Numbered from the stretch's first letter, positions 9,718 to 20,545 are shown. The stretch is DNA of 64,000 nucleotides from an uncultured delta proteobacterium (GCA_963803435.1 CAWDML010000009.1:384001-448000); one strand, 5' to 3'. Numbers and translations are program-made. Notes: generated by a model from the letters alone, not told the origin.

Positions 9718-10647
9718 TCAGAACTCCACGAGCTCGCCCTTGGTGGCGAGGATGATGTCGCGGACCATGCCGATCCGCTCCGGGTTCCGCACGTGAACCG
9801 CGAGGAGCGTCTTGCCCTCGGTGAGCTCCGCACGGAGGACCATGGCTCGATCCGACGGGACCGAGCGACCCAGCAGGCCGCCGAAGAGACCGCCCGCCGC
9901 CGCGAAGGCGAGCGCGGGACCCATCACGACCAGTCCGATCCCTCCCGTGACGATCGAGCCGATCCCGAGCAGACCTCCCAGGATGCCGCCGATGCTTCCG
10001 CCCATCAGCGAGCCGGCGGTGGCGCCCTCGAGCGCCTTCGTCTGGTCGAGCGCCTTGAAGTCGCGGTCGTGGGTCTCCTCGGTCATCACCAGGCTGATGT
10101 CCTCGACGCCGATGTCGCGGGCCTGGAGCGCCTCGAAGGCGTACTCGAGGTGCTTCTTGTCGTCGAAGATCGCGTGGACGATCTGCTGCTCGCGTCTTCT
10201 TCGGGCGTGTGGAACCTCCTCGCCCGGCTCCCGGACGGTCAGGACCGGACACTCGGCGTGCTGGACCACCCGTGCGGCCACGCTCCCCAGGAAGAGCCGC
10301 CGAAAGCCGGTGCGCCCGTGCGTGCCCATGACGATCAGGTCGTACGCCGGCGACAGGGCCGTGATCACCTGCCAGGGCACGCCGTGCTGCACGCGGCTGG
10401 TGATCTCGACGTTCGGCGGCGCCTCGAAGCGGGCGAGGAACCCGAGCATGTCGTCCTTCGCCTTCTGGTTGATGAGACGGTTGACCTCCTCACCGATGCT
10501 GGCGTCGACGTAGCCCGCCTCGCTCCAGGTGTGGACCACCTCGATCGCTGCGCCGAACTTTTGGGCGAGCGAGAGCGCTGCCTCGATGGCGACGCCGGAT
10601 GTGGTCGAGTAGTCGACCGGGACCAGGATGCGTTTGATGGCTTTCAT
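9718..10647 (-). CDS. Universal stress protein fused to a glycine-zipper membrane / general-stress domain
   Basis: N-terminal USP (ILVPVDYS, MGTHGRTG, GSVA); C-terminal GATAGSLMGGSIGGILGGL..GPAL..AAGGLFGGL. Confidence 0.85.
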   Translation of the reverse strand: MKAIKRILVPVDYSTTSGVAIEAALSLAQKFGAAIEVVHTWSEAGYVDASIGEEVNRLINQKAKDDMLGFLARFEAPPNVEITSRVQHGVPWQVITALSPAYDLIVMGTHGRTGFRRLFLGSVAARVVQHAECPVLTVREPGEEVPHARRRREQQIVHAIFDDKKHLEYAFEALQARDIGVEDISLVMTEETHDRDFKALDQTKALEGATAGSLMGGSIGGILGGLLGIGSIVTGGIGLVVMGPALAFAAAGGLFGGLLGRSVPSDRAMVLRAELTEGKTLLAVHVRNPERIGMVRDIILATKGELVEF

Positions 10648-10655
10648 GACGACCT

Positions 10656-11081
10656 CTACCTCACCACCGTCACCGGGACCGGTGAGCGGTGCAGAACCTT
10701 CAAGCTTACGCTTCCGACCAGGAGCTCCTGGAGCGTCGAGCGCCCGTGCGTGCCCATCACGATGAGGTCGGGGTGCTCATTCTCGGCGAGCGCGACGATC
10801 TCCGAGGCCGGGGCGCCGACACGCGTGACGCGCTCGATCTCGAGCGAATCGACCCGCGCCCGATCGATGGTCTCCTCGATCCGCTTGCTGGAGACGCGAG
10901 CGACCATGTCGTCGAGCTCTCTTCCGTTCTGCAGCGAGAATCCGGCCAGGATCTCGTTCCAGCTGTCGAACACGTTCAGCACGACGAGCTTTGCTCTGGT
11001 GGGTCGGGCGAGCTCTGCCGCGAGCTTCAGGGCGCGGATCGCCGGCTCGGAGCCATCCACCGGGACCAATATCGACTTCAT
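10656..11081 (-). CDS. Universal stress protein
   Basis: MKSILVPVDGS; DLIVMGTHGRS..VGSVS..PVPVTVVR. Confidence 0.92.
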   Translation of the reverse strand: MKSILVPVDGSEPAIRALKLAAELARPTRAKLVVLNVFDSWNEILAGFSLQNGRELDDMVARVSSKRIEETIDRARVDSLEIERVTRVGAPASEIVALAENEHPDLIVMGTHGRSTLQELLVGSVSLKVLHRSPVPVTVVR

Positions 11082-11094
11082 GTGGGGAAGGACT

Positions 11095-11109
11095 TCAAAA
11101 GGCGTGCCG
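11095..11109 (-). promoter_or_regulatory. sigma54-like promoter for the USP operon
   Basis: CGGCAC-GCCTT-TTGA (non-canonical -12 element). Confidence 0.5.
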
Positions 11110-11508
11110 TTGCTCGACCAGTGCGGGCGAAGAGGCTGCGTCACGGGCCGGTGACGCCGGGGCTCGCGCGGATCTGATTCCCGCTACGGCCGTGAGGGCT
11201 CCGATCGACAGCAGCACCAGGCCGGCGGCGGGGCCGGCGTGGGTCGCCGAGTCGAGGCCGTACACGTACACGCCCCCGAGGAAGAGCCCGAGCGAGAACA
11301 GGCTGACCGGGAACAGATCGCCGATCTCGATCGCGCTCAGGACCACGATGTTGATCCCAACCGCGATGCTCAGGACCGGGATCCAGGCCACCAGCAAGCT
11401 GGTGAGCTCGGCGCTCTCGAACAGGCTGGCGGCGCCCATCAGTGCGAGGTCGATCCCGCCCAGGATCAGGGTGAGTCGACCGGAGGAGGTGCGGAGAAAG
11501 CTGTCCAT
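11095..11508 (-). CDS. Small four-TM membrane protein
   Basis: Four hydrophobic segments starting at MDSFLRTSSGRLTLILGG. Confidence 0.6.
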   Translation of the reverse strand: MDSFLRTSSGRLTLILGGIDLALMGAASLFESAELTSLLVAWIPVLSIAVGINIVVLSAIEIGDLFPVSLFSLGLFLGGVYVYGLDSATHAGPAAGLVLLSIGALTAVAGIRSARAPASPARDAASSPALVEQRHAF

Positions 11509-11520
11509 CCAGCGGGGCTC

Positions 11521-11536
11521 TGGAAGAGTCGTGCCA
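11521..11536 (-). promoter_or_regulatory. sigma54-like promoter
   Basis: TGGCAC-GACTC-TTCCA (non-canonical -12 element). Confidence 0.45.
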
Positions 11537-11647
11537 GCGTCGCGGGCAGCCGACGCGGCAGCTCGGCAGCGACCCCCGGTAACGCGCGGGACGGGCGGCG
11601 TTACCACCGCGTGCCGGGTGGCCGACCCATCCGAGCGATGCCCCTCC

Positions 11648-11662
11648 GGGCATGTGCCTTGC
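11648..11662 (+). promoter_or_regulatory. sigma54 promoter
   Basis: GGGCAT-GTGCC-TTGC, 14 bp before the enhancer-binding-protein start. Confidence 0.6.
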
Positions 11663-11676
11663 TCTGCGCCGACCCT

Positions 11677-13053
11677 GTGAATGCGCTGAAGATCCTGTTC
11701 GTGGACGACGAGCCCACGATCCGTCTCACGATCGCGGACACGCTCCGCTCAGACGGACACTCGGTGGCGACTGCGTCGGACGGTGCAGAAGCCGAGGAGC
11801 GGATCCACAGCGAGGTCTTCGACGTCGTCATCTCCGACATACGAATGCCGAAGCTCGACGGCATGAGCCTGCTCCGGAGGATCCGGAAGCTCTCCCCCGA
11901 GACGCGCGTCATCATGATCACGGCCTACGCCGAGGTGAACGATGCGGTCGCCGCGCTCAAGGCGGGTGCGGTCGACTACCTGACCAAGCCCTTCGATCTG
12001 GAGGAGATCAGGCTGCGGGTCCGCCGGATCGCCGAGCGCCGGCGGCTCGAGGCCGAGCTGGGAAGTGCCCGACGCGCGCTGGTCGCACGGGACCCGGGCT
12101 TGGTCATCATCGGACGCTCGCCGCCCATGACGCGCCTATTGGGGTTGATCGAGACGCTCGCACAGAGCGACGCCCCGGTGCTGATCACCGGTGAGAGCGG
12201 TACTGGAAAGGAGCTCGTGGCCCGTACGATCCACGATCTCTCCGAGCGGCGGGAGCACGCGTTCGTCGCGGTCAACTGCGCCGCGTTCCCCGAGACGCTC
12301 CTCGAGGCCGAGCTGTTCGGCCACGAGCGCGGCGCCTTCACCGGCGCGGTCAAGTCGCGCGAGGGCCGGTTTGAGGCGGCCGCGGGCGGGACGCTCTTCC
12401 TCGACGAGATCGCGGAGATCCCGCCGATGGCCCAGGCCAAGCTGCTGCGCGTGGTGCAGGAGGGCGTGGTGGAGCCGCTCGGGACCAACCGTCGAGTCCC
12501 GGTCGACGTCCGCCTGATCTCGGCCACGCACCGCAACCTGCGGGAGCGGATCCGCGACGGTACCTTCCGCGAGGATCTCTTTTACCGGCTCAACGTTCTG
12601 GATCTCGTCATCCCGCCGCTCCGGGACCGACGCGCCGATCTGCCGATCCTCGTCGAGCACTTCCTGCAGCGGGTGCATCCGCCTGGTAAAGAGAAGCCGA
12701 CGATCTCGCCGCGCGCCTGGGCCGCGCTGTCCGAGCACCCGTTTCCCGGTAACGTCCGGGAGCTGGAGCACGCGATCGAGCGTGCGGTGGTGCTGTCGCG
12801 CGGGCGGGAGATCGATCTCACCCATCTCCCGGAGGACATCGGCGGGCCGCGGGGTCGCGCCGAGGGCGGACCGCGAGACGAGATCCGGCCGCTGTCCGTC
12901 GCGATGAGAGAGTTCGAGCGGGAGTGTCTGCTGCGGGCGCTCGAGCAGTCGTCGGGGAGGAAGGCCAGGGCCGCCGAGCAGCTCGGCATCTCGCGAAAGA
13001 ACCTCTGGGAGAAGTTGCGCGCTCACGGTCTGCAGGACCCGACGCGACGCTGA
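11677..13053 (+). CDS. NtrC-family sigma54 response regulator (REC-AAA+-HTH)
   Basis: VDDE, SDIRMP, GESGTGKE, GAFTGA, LFLDEI, FPGNVREL and Fis-type HTH. Confidence 0.95.
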   Translation: MNALKILFVDDEPTIRLTIADTLRSDGHSVATASDGAEAEERIHSEVFDVVISDIRMPKLDGMSLLRRIRKLSPETRVIMITAYAEVNDAVAALKAGAVDYLTKPFDLEEIRLRVRRIAERRRLEAELGSARRALVARDPGLVIIGRSPPMTRLLGLIETLAQSDAPVLITGESGTGKELVARTIHDLSERREHAFVAVNCAAFPETLLEAELFGHERGAFTGAVKSREGRFEAAAGGTLFLDEIAEIPPMAQAKLLRVVQEGVVEPLGTNRRVPVDVRLISATHRNLRERIRDGTFREDLFYRLNVLDLVIPPLRDRRADLPILVEHFLQRVHPPGKEKPTISPRAWAALSEHPFPGNVRELEHAIERAVVLSRGREIDLTHLPEDIGGPRGRAEGGPRDEIRPLSVAMREFERECLLRALEQSSGRKARAAEQLGISRKNLWEKLRAHGLQDPTRR

Positions 13054-13098
13054 GTCACTGCGGCGTAACCGCGTCGCTGCAACCCGTGCAGTGAAGCA

Positions 13099-13114
13099 CG
13101 GCATGCCGCCTGCA
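13099..13114 (+). promoter_or_regulatory. sigma54-like promoter
   Basis: CGGCAT-GCCGC-CTGCA upstream of the kinase gene. Confidence 0.5.
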
Positions 13115-13206
13115 CTCGATCCCGGCGAGCGCTTGCGCGTCGACTTCGAACGCGCCACGCTGACGCACATCGGGATCTGATCGAGAAGAGAGTGGAGGCT
13201 CGAGCT

Positions 13207-13761
13207 ATGGAAGGGGCTGTCGTCTGGCTGACCGGTATCCCGGCGACGGGCAAGACCACCGTGGCGAGCGTTCTTCGCGACGAGCTCACCAGCCGCGACG
13301 TCCCCACCTTGATGCTCGACAGCGACGACCTGAGGCGGGTGATGACGCCGGCCCCGACGTTCAGCGAGGCCGAGCGCGACGTCTTCTACGCGACGATCGG
13401 GCACGTCGCGGCGCTCGCGGCCCGGGGCGGCTCGGTCGTGCTCATCGCTGCGACCGCGCCGAAGCGGGTCTACCGCGATCGCGTGCGGGCCAACGTCGAC
13501 AACTTCGCCGAGGTCCTCCTCATCTGCGATCCGGAGGTCCTGGAGCTCCGCGACATCAAGGGCCTCTACGCGAAGGCGAAGGTGGGCGAGATCCACGATC
13601 TCCCCGGCTACGATCTGCCCTACGAGGATCCGCGAACCCCGGAGCTGATCTTCGACACCGGCCGTACTTCGGCGGCGGAGATCGCCATGGCGATCCTCCG
13701 GCTCCTCGAGAAACGCGCCGAGGGCGGATTTACAGCAGATCGTCCACACGTTCGGGCGTGA
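13207..13761 (+). CDS. Adenylyl-sulfate kinase-like P-loop kinase
   Basis: VWLTGIPATGKTT, LDSDDLR, RDIKGLY and PYEDP motifs; no other cys genes nearby. Confidence 0.82.
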   Translation: MEGAVVWLTGIPATGKTTVASVLRDELTSRDVPTLMLDSDDLRRVMTPAPTFSEAERDVFYATIGHVAALAARGGSVVLIAATAPKRVYRDRVRANVDNFAEVLLICDPEVLELRDIKGLYAKAKVGEIHDLPGYDLPYEDPRTPELIFDTGRTSAAEIAMAILRLLEKRAEGGFTADRPHVRA

Positions 13762-14836
13762 ACGTCTGCCCGGCCAGGAGCCGCTCGGCGAAGCGCAGGA
13801 TCCGATCCCGCACCGACGGTGAGACGTCCGGATACCAGGCGGGGCTGGCCAGGACGAGCGCGCGCCAGGCGTAGAAGGGCGCGACGATCTCGAGGAGGTC
13901 GTCATCGCCGGTGGCGGCGAGATAAGTGCGGAAGAAGACGTCCCACGTCTCGCGGAGCGCGCCCGAGAACCGTTCGCGCTCGTCGAGCGCGAAGAACAGA
14001 TAGTTGATCGTCAGGCAGGTGACGTCGTCCGCGGGATCCCCGGCCCCGCCCCGGCTGGCGTCGAGGACCGAGAAGTCGGCCTCGTCGCGGAAGAGGATGT
14101 TGAAGGGATGGAAGTCGCCGTGCGTGCGCCGGGCGCGGTGCTCGTAGTCGCGGAGGCGCCAGCGCCAGTCGACGGCGAGGTGCTCCAGGGCTCGCAGGCG
14201 CGCGGGCGTGGCCACCGGATCGCCCGGCGGATAGCCGTCGATCAGGCCGAAGATGCCCTCGCCGTGTCCGACCGTGTCGCGGATGGCGCGCCGGTGCTCG
14301 AGCGGGGTCGCGGGCTCGGCGTGGAGGTCCGCGAGGTAGTGCGCGAGGGCTTCGGTGCGGGCCAGGTCGGCCGTCGACGTCACCGCGAGGTGGGCCATCC
14401 GCTTGAGATCCCTCGCGTAGAGCTGGCCCTCGACGTACTCGGTGACCAGGAACGGCTCGCCCCCGGCGATCGACACCATGGTGCCGTCCTCGGCGAAGGC
14501 CCCGAGGTCGATCGCGCCGATGTGCCTCGGGATGTGGGCGAACTGGTCGAAGGAGAGCGTCATGTTGCCGATCCGGTCGGCCCGCCGATCGTGCCCGTAG
14601 TGGTCGGGGCCCATGGTCCTGAGCACCACATCGCGGGCGCGTCCGCTCTCCAGGTAGGTCGCGCGGAGGGGCCGCCCGTAGCCGTGCGCCTTCAGGCCCT
14701 CCTGCACGCCCGCCCCGAGCGGCGCCAGCGAGACCAGCACCGCTTCGGGGTGGCCGTGGTTTCGGAGGTACTCCTCGATGCGCGAGGGGACGATCCGAGC
14801 GGTCGTCTTCTGTGCGTCGAACGCCAGCGTCGTCAT
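13730..14836 (-). CDS. Aminoglycoside-phosphotransferase-like kinase
   Basis: HGDFHPFNILF, VLDASRG, GDPADD. Confidence 0.85.
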   Translation of the reverse strand: MTTLAFDAQKTTARIVPSRIEEYLRNHGHPEAVLVSLAPLGAGVQEGLKAHGYGRPLRATYLESGRARDVVLRTMGPDHYGHDRRADRIGNMTLSFDQFAHIPRHIGAIDLGAFAEDGTMVSIAGGEPFLVTEYVEGQLYARDLKRMAHLAVTSTADLARTEALAHYLADLHAEPATPLEHRRAIRDTVGHGEGIFGLIDGYPPGDPVATPARLRALEHLAVDWRWRLRDYEHRARRTHGDFHPFNILFRDEADFSVLDASRGGAGDPADDVTCLTINYLFFALDERERFSGALRETWDVFFRTYLAATGDDDLLEIVAPFYAWRALVLASPAWYPDVSPSVRDRILRFAERLLAGQTFTPERVDDLL

Positions 14837-14853
14837 CGGGTGCTCCTTCCTCC

Positions 14854-15855
14854 TCAGGTGACGTGCGGGAGGTCCCACGTCTCGAGGGTCTTGATGTACT
14901 GGGCCCGCTCGAAGGCCTCCGGGTCGTCGCACCTGGCCTGGCTGAGCAGGCCGCGCAGCTCGGCGATCGAGCCGAACTCGTGGGCGGCCATCCACGAGCG
15001 CATCGCCTGCTCGATCGTTCGCACGTGCTCGACGCCATGGGTGAGCAGCGTGCTGCACAGCTCGACCACCGACGCGCCGGCCAGCAGCATCTTCACGACG
15101 TCCTCGCCGGAGTGGACGCCGCCGCTGGCCGCCAGATCCAACTTCAGGCGCCCGAAGAGGATCGCCATCCAGCGGAGCGGAAGGCGCAGCTCCGGCGGGG
15201 TGGAGAGGAGGAGGCGGGGTCGGACCTCCATCCGCGAGAGGTCGATATCCGGCTGATAGAAGCGGTTGAAGAGGACCAGACCGTCGACACCGGTGCGCTC
15301 GATCCTTCGGGCCATGTTCGCCATGTTCGTGAAGAACGGGCTCAACTTGACGCCGATCGGGATCTTCACCTCGGCGCGGATCGCTTCGATGGTGGAGAGA
15401 TAGGCGGCCTCGACCTCGGCGCCCGTGCGCTCGAGATCGGTCGGCACGAAGTAGAGGTTGAGCTCGATCGCGTCGGCGCCGGCCTCCTCGACCAGCCGGG
15501 CGTACTCGACCCACCGCAGGTGCGGCTCTCCGTTCATGCTGGCGATGATCGGAATGTCGACCGCCTTCTTTGCGCGCTGGACGTGGTCGAGATACTCGAG
15601 CGGACCCAGGTTGAGGGCCGTGGTGTCGGCCATCTGCGCGAGCGTCTCGGCGTAGCTCCCGCCGGCGGTGAGGAAGCGATGGAGCTCGCTGCTCGTGAGG
15701 GTGAGCTGCTCCTCGAACAAGGAGAACAGGACGACAGCCGAGATCCCCGCGTCCTCAAGTCTGCGGATGTCGCCAATCTTTCGCGAGAGTGGGCTGGCGG
15801 CGGCGACCAGGGGTGTCCGCAGGGACAACCGCAGGTACTCGGTTCTCAGCGTCAT
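14854..15855 (-). CDS. Dihydroorotate dehydrogenase-like FMN protein
   Basis: PLVAAASPL, SLFEEQ, IELN, VKLSPFF, LVLFNRFYQPD, SGGVHS, ERAQY. Confidence 0.9.
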   Translation of the reverse strand: MTLRTEYLRLSLRTPLVAAASPLSRKIGDIRRLEDAGISAVVLFSLFEEQLTLTSSELHRFLTAGGSYAETLAQMADTTALNLGPLEYLDHVQRAKKAVDIPIIASMNGEPHLRWVEYARLVEEAGADAIELNLYFVPTDLERTGAEVEAAYLSTIEAIRAEVKIPIGVKLSPFFTNMANMARRIERTGVDGLVLFNRFYQPDIDLSRMEVRPRLLLSTPPELRLPLRWMAILFGRLKLDLAASGGVHSGEDVVKMLLAGASVVELCSTLLTHGVEHVRTIEQAMRSWMAAHEFGSIAELRGLLSQARCDDPEAFERAQYIKTLETWDLPHVT

Positions 15856-15869
15856 GACCACCGTCGTCC

Positions 15870-15884
15870 GCAAGGCCCGTGCCG
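15870..15884 (-). promoter_or_regulatory. sigma54 promoter
   Basis: CGGCAC-GGGCC-TTGC upstream of the DHODH-like gene. Confidence 0.72.
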
Positions 15885-15919
15885 TGAGCCTGTCGTTCTG
15901 AATTGTTCCAGAACGTTCC

Positions 15920-17299
<1,380 letters not shown>

Positions 17300-17303
17300 G
17301 GCC

Positions 17304-18764
17304 GTGGGTACGGCTCAGGTCCAGGAGGTCGCTCAGCTCGTCCTCGGGCGGCTCGCCGAGGGGGCGTCGCTCGCCGAGGTGCTCGGTCTCGTCGTCGAGG
17401 GGGCGGAGCGCGAGACCCTGGGCGCGTGCCTCATCTCGCTCGAGGGTCCGGAGGGACGGATCCGCTACGCCTCGGCCACACCAATCCCCGAGGACGTCGT
17501 CGTAGAGGTCGAGGCGGGCCGCGTCCCGGGGGCGGAGGTCCGGTGGGAGGCGATCCGCGATCGAGCGCGGGCGCTCGGCGTGTTCCTCATGGTCGGCGGC
17601 CAGCAGCCGGAGCAGATCTCGGCCTGGGCGCTGCTCTCCGGGATCGCGATCGAGCGCAAGCGTCGTGAGGACGAGACGCGCGCTCGTGAGTCGCAGATCG
17701 GCTCCGTGATGGAGGCCGTCCTCGACGGCATCATCACGATCGATCACCGCGGGATCGTCGAGTCGTTCAATCGAGCCGCCGAGAAGCTCTTCGGATACAC
17801 GGCGGCTGAGGTGATCGGGCGAAACGTCTCGATGTTGATGTCGGCTGCGGACGCCCACCAGCACGACGCGTATCTCCACCGCTACCTCACCACCGGGAAG
17901 AAGCGGATCATCGGAATCGGACGCGAGGTCGTCGGGAAGAGGAAGAGCGGGGATCTGGTGCCGATCGATCTCGGCGTCAGCGAGTTCCGGGTGGGCAACG
18001 CCCGCAAGTTCACCGGGATGATCCACGACCTCACCGCGCGCAAGAAGCTGGAAGCCGAGCTCCTCCGCTCGCAGAAGCTCGAGGCGATCGGGACGCTCGC
18101 AGCCGGAGTCGCGCACGACTTCAACAACCTGCTCATGGGGATCGCCGGCTGCGCTTCGATCGCGCTGAACAAGCTGCCGGCGGACTCTCCGTCGCGGGTG
18201 TATCTCGACGAGGCCAAGGCGGCCTGCGAGCGGGGCGGACAGCTCACTCGCCAGCTGCTGGCGTTCAGCCGCCGTGCGCCCTCCGAGATGCGCCCCATGT
18301 CGCTCAATGATGCGGTGCTCGGCACCGAAATCATGGCAGCGCGCTTGATCGGCGCGAAGGTCGAGCTGGTGACCGAGCTGGCCGTCTCGGCGGGGACGAT
18401 CCTCGGAGACCTGGCGCAGATCGAGCAGATCCTGATCAACCTGGTGGTCAACGCCCGGGACGCGATGGACGCGGGCGGCACGGTGACCGTCCGGACCCGG
18501 GACGTCAATCTGCCGCGCGGGCAGTATGCGTGCCTCGAGGTGGAGGACGTTGGTTGCGGGATGGACGGGGCCACCCAGGCTCGCATGTTCGAGCCCTTCT
18601 ACACGACCAAGGGTCCGGACCGAGGGACCGGCTTGGGACTCTCCACCGTCTTTGGGATCGTGGAGCAGCACCGAGGATTCATCGAAGTGGAGAGCGAGCT
18701 CGGACGGGGCACCACCGTCTCTGTGTTCTTTCCGCGGATCGACGCGTCGACCTCGGACGCCTGA
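17304..18764 (+). CDS. Sensor histidine kinase with a FixL-like heme-PAS domain
   Basis: PAS: FNRAAEKLFGY..IGRNVSMLM..HQHDAYLHRYLTTG..RIIGIGREVVG; AHDFNNLL; NLVVNARDAM; GTGLGL. Confidence 0.9.
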   Translation: MGTAQVQEVAQLVLGRLAEGASLAEVLGLVVEGAERETLGACLISLEGPEGRIRYASATPIPEDVVVEVEAGRVPGAEVRWEAIRDRARALGVFLMVGGQQPEQISAWALLSGIAIERKRREDETRARESQIGSVMEAVLDGIITIDHRGIVESFNRAAEKLFGYTAAEVIGRNVSMLMSAADAHQHDAYLHRYLTTGKKRIIGIGREVVGKRKSGDLVPIDLGVSEFRVGNARKFTGMIHDLTARKKLEAELLRSQKLEAIGTLAAGVAHDFNNLLMGIAGCASIALNKLPADSPSRVYLDEAKAACERGGQLTRQLLAFSRRAPSEMRPMSLNDAVLGTEIMAARLIGAKVELVTELAVSAGTILGDLAQIEQILINLVVNARDAMDAGGTVTVRTRDVNLPRGQYACLEVEDVGCGMDGATQARMFEPFYTTKGPDRGTGLGLSTVFGIVEQHRGFIEVESELGRGTTVSVFFPRIDASTSDA

Positions 18765-18804
18765 CCTCGGCGTCGCTCCGCTCACGCAGAAGCCGCGCCA
18801 CCGG

Positions 18805-18819
18805 TGGCATGGGCGTTGC
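18805..18819 (+). promoter_or_regulatory. sigma54 promoter
   Basis: TGGCAT-GGGCG-TTGC, followed by RBS AAGGAGG. Confidence 0.75.
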
Positions 18820-18847
18820 GAGCGCTCGGGGGCGAAGGAGGAGACCC

Positions 18848-19561
18848 ATGGCTCTCACCGTCCGCGAGATCATGAACAGAGAGCTGTACGCGACCCAGGC
18901 GACCGAATCGGTGACCAGCGTGCTCCACGACCTGATGGCCCTCGGGGTCGGCGGCTGTCCGGTGGTCGACGCGGAGAATCGGCCGATCGGGGCGGTATCG
19001 ACCCGCGACCTGTTCGGCTCGGACGAGCTGACGCCGATCGGAGAGGTGATGAGCTCGCCGTGCCTGGTCGTCCACGAGACGGCCTCGATCCGAGAGGCCG
19101 CGCGCTTGATGGCGGAGGCCGAGGTCCACCGGATCGTGGTGATCGACGGCGAGCGGGCGGTGGGCATCGTCTCGTCGCTCGACGTGGTGCGCGGGCTGCT
19201 CGGGATGCCGACTCGTCACCCGAATACGTTCCCGCACTACGACGTCGAGACCGGGATGGTGTGGACCGACGACTATCCGCTCGACCACGCGCACGTGGAG
19301 GCCGCGCCCGACGGACCTGGCGTCGTGCTGTTGATCCGCGGGGGGGCCGGCAAGGCCGAGACGATCATCTGGGGCGAGGCGGCCGAGAACGTCCGCGACC
19401 GGTTGCTCGAGTATCTGCACACGAAATCGGGTGGCTCGACGGTCATCTCGTACTGGAGGGACCGCGGCGAGCTCCGCTTCCGCGCCGCCCAGTCCGAGGA
19501 TCCCGCCGAGTGCGAGGCGGCGCTCGAACACCTGGTGCACGACGACATCGCGCTCGCCTGA
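18848..19561 (+). CDS. CBS-pair protein with a C-terminal degenerate GIY-YIG-like domain
   Basis: Two CBS repeats, then APDGPGVVLL..IIWGEAAENVRDRLLEY. Confidence 0.8.
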   Translation: MALTVREIMNRELYATQATESVTSVLHDLMALGVGGCPVVDAENRPIGAVSTRDLFGSDELTPIGEVMSSPCLVVHETASIREAARLMAEAEVHRIVVIDGERAVGIVSSLDVVRGLLGMPTRHPNTFPHYDVETGMVWTDDYPLDHAHVEAAPDGPGVVLLIRGGAGKAETIIWGEAAENVRDRLLEYLHTKSGGSTVISYWRDRGELRFRAAQSEDPAECEAALEHLVHDDIALA

Positions 19562-19571
19562 GCTTCGGACG

Positions 19572-20510
19572 CTACCCGCGCGGCCGGCCGTAGAGCTCGC
19601 CGGCACGCTCGGGCTCGGACAGCTGGCTCGCGAGGAACTCCCAGAGCACGGCCACCCGGGGCACGTCCCGCAGCGCCCGGTGTCCCACCAGCCAGAGGTC
19701 TTCGGCGGGGAGCGCCGCCCAGGCCTGCTTGAGGCGCGGGCCCGGTAGCACCGGGACCAGGTCGCGGACGAAGCGGTAGGGCTCCGCCGCCAGCGCCACG
19801 CCCAGCCCTGCGGTGGCCGCGGCAAGCTGACTTGCAAAGTGACTGGTGCGCAGGACCGGCTCGATCGCGCCGCAGTACGTCGCCAACCAGCGCGCGGAGG
19901 CGAGGTGCGCCAAATCGTGGTCCCACGCGATCCAGCGGGCGTCGCTCATCCGGCGGAGGCGGCCCAGCGACTTGGCGTACGACGCTGAGGTCATCGGGAT
20001 CGACCGCGTGGTCACGAGCTTCTTCACCACCAGATCTCCGCTCTTCGGTCGGGTAGTCCGGATGGCGAGGTCCGCCTCGCGGCGGGTCAGGTCGGCGTAG
20101 GCGATGCTGGCGTCGAGCTCGATCCGCACGTCGGGATGGAGCGGATGGAAGCGGGCGAGGAGCGGCGCGACGAAGGCGTCGGACACGCCGGGCGGCGCGG
20201 TCAGGCGGACCACGCCCTCCGCCTTCGTCTCCATCGCGCCCATCGCGCCGAGGAAGCCGGCCATCGCCCGCTCCATCTCCTCGGCGGCGGGGATCATCGC
20301 CTCGGCAGCGGCGGTCATCACCGTGCCCTCGCGGCTGCGATCGAAGAGGTGCATGCCGAGCTCGGCCTCGATCCGGTTGAGGCGGCGGCTCACGGTGGAC
20401 ACGTCGAGGCCGAGGCGGTCGGCCGCGCCGGCCAGCTGACCGCTGCGCGCCACCGCGAGGAAGACGCGCGCGTGGTCCCAGTCGAGCTCCGAGAGGTCTG
20501 GGGCGTGCAT
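19572..20510 (-). CDS. LysR-family transcriptional regulator
   Basis: LDWDHARVFLAVARSGQLAGAADRLGLDVSTVSRRL; READLAIR. Confidence 0.93.
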   Translation of the reverse strand: MHAPDLSELDWDHARVFLAVARSGQLAGAADRLGLDVSTVSRRLNRIEAELGMHLFDRSREGTVMTAAAEAMIPAAEEMERAMAGFLGAMGAMETKAEGVVRLTAPPGVSDAFVAPLLARFHPLHPDVRIELDASIAYADLTRREADLAIRTTRPKSGDLVVKKLVTTRSIPMTSASYAKSLGRLRRMSDARWIAWDHDLAHLASARWLATYCGAIEPVLRTSHFASQLAAATAGLGVALAAEPYRFVRDLVPVLPGPRLKQAWAALPAEDLWLVGHRALRDVPRVAVLWEFLASQLSEPERAGELYGRPRG

Positions 20511-20528
20511 CGGCACATCTTGCGATGG

Positions 20529-20545
20529 TGCAACATGGCATTGCA
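20529..20545. promoter_or_regulatory. Palindrome in the LysR divergent intergenic region (candidate operator)
   Basis: TGCAA-N7-TTGCA. Confidence 0.45.
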
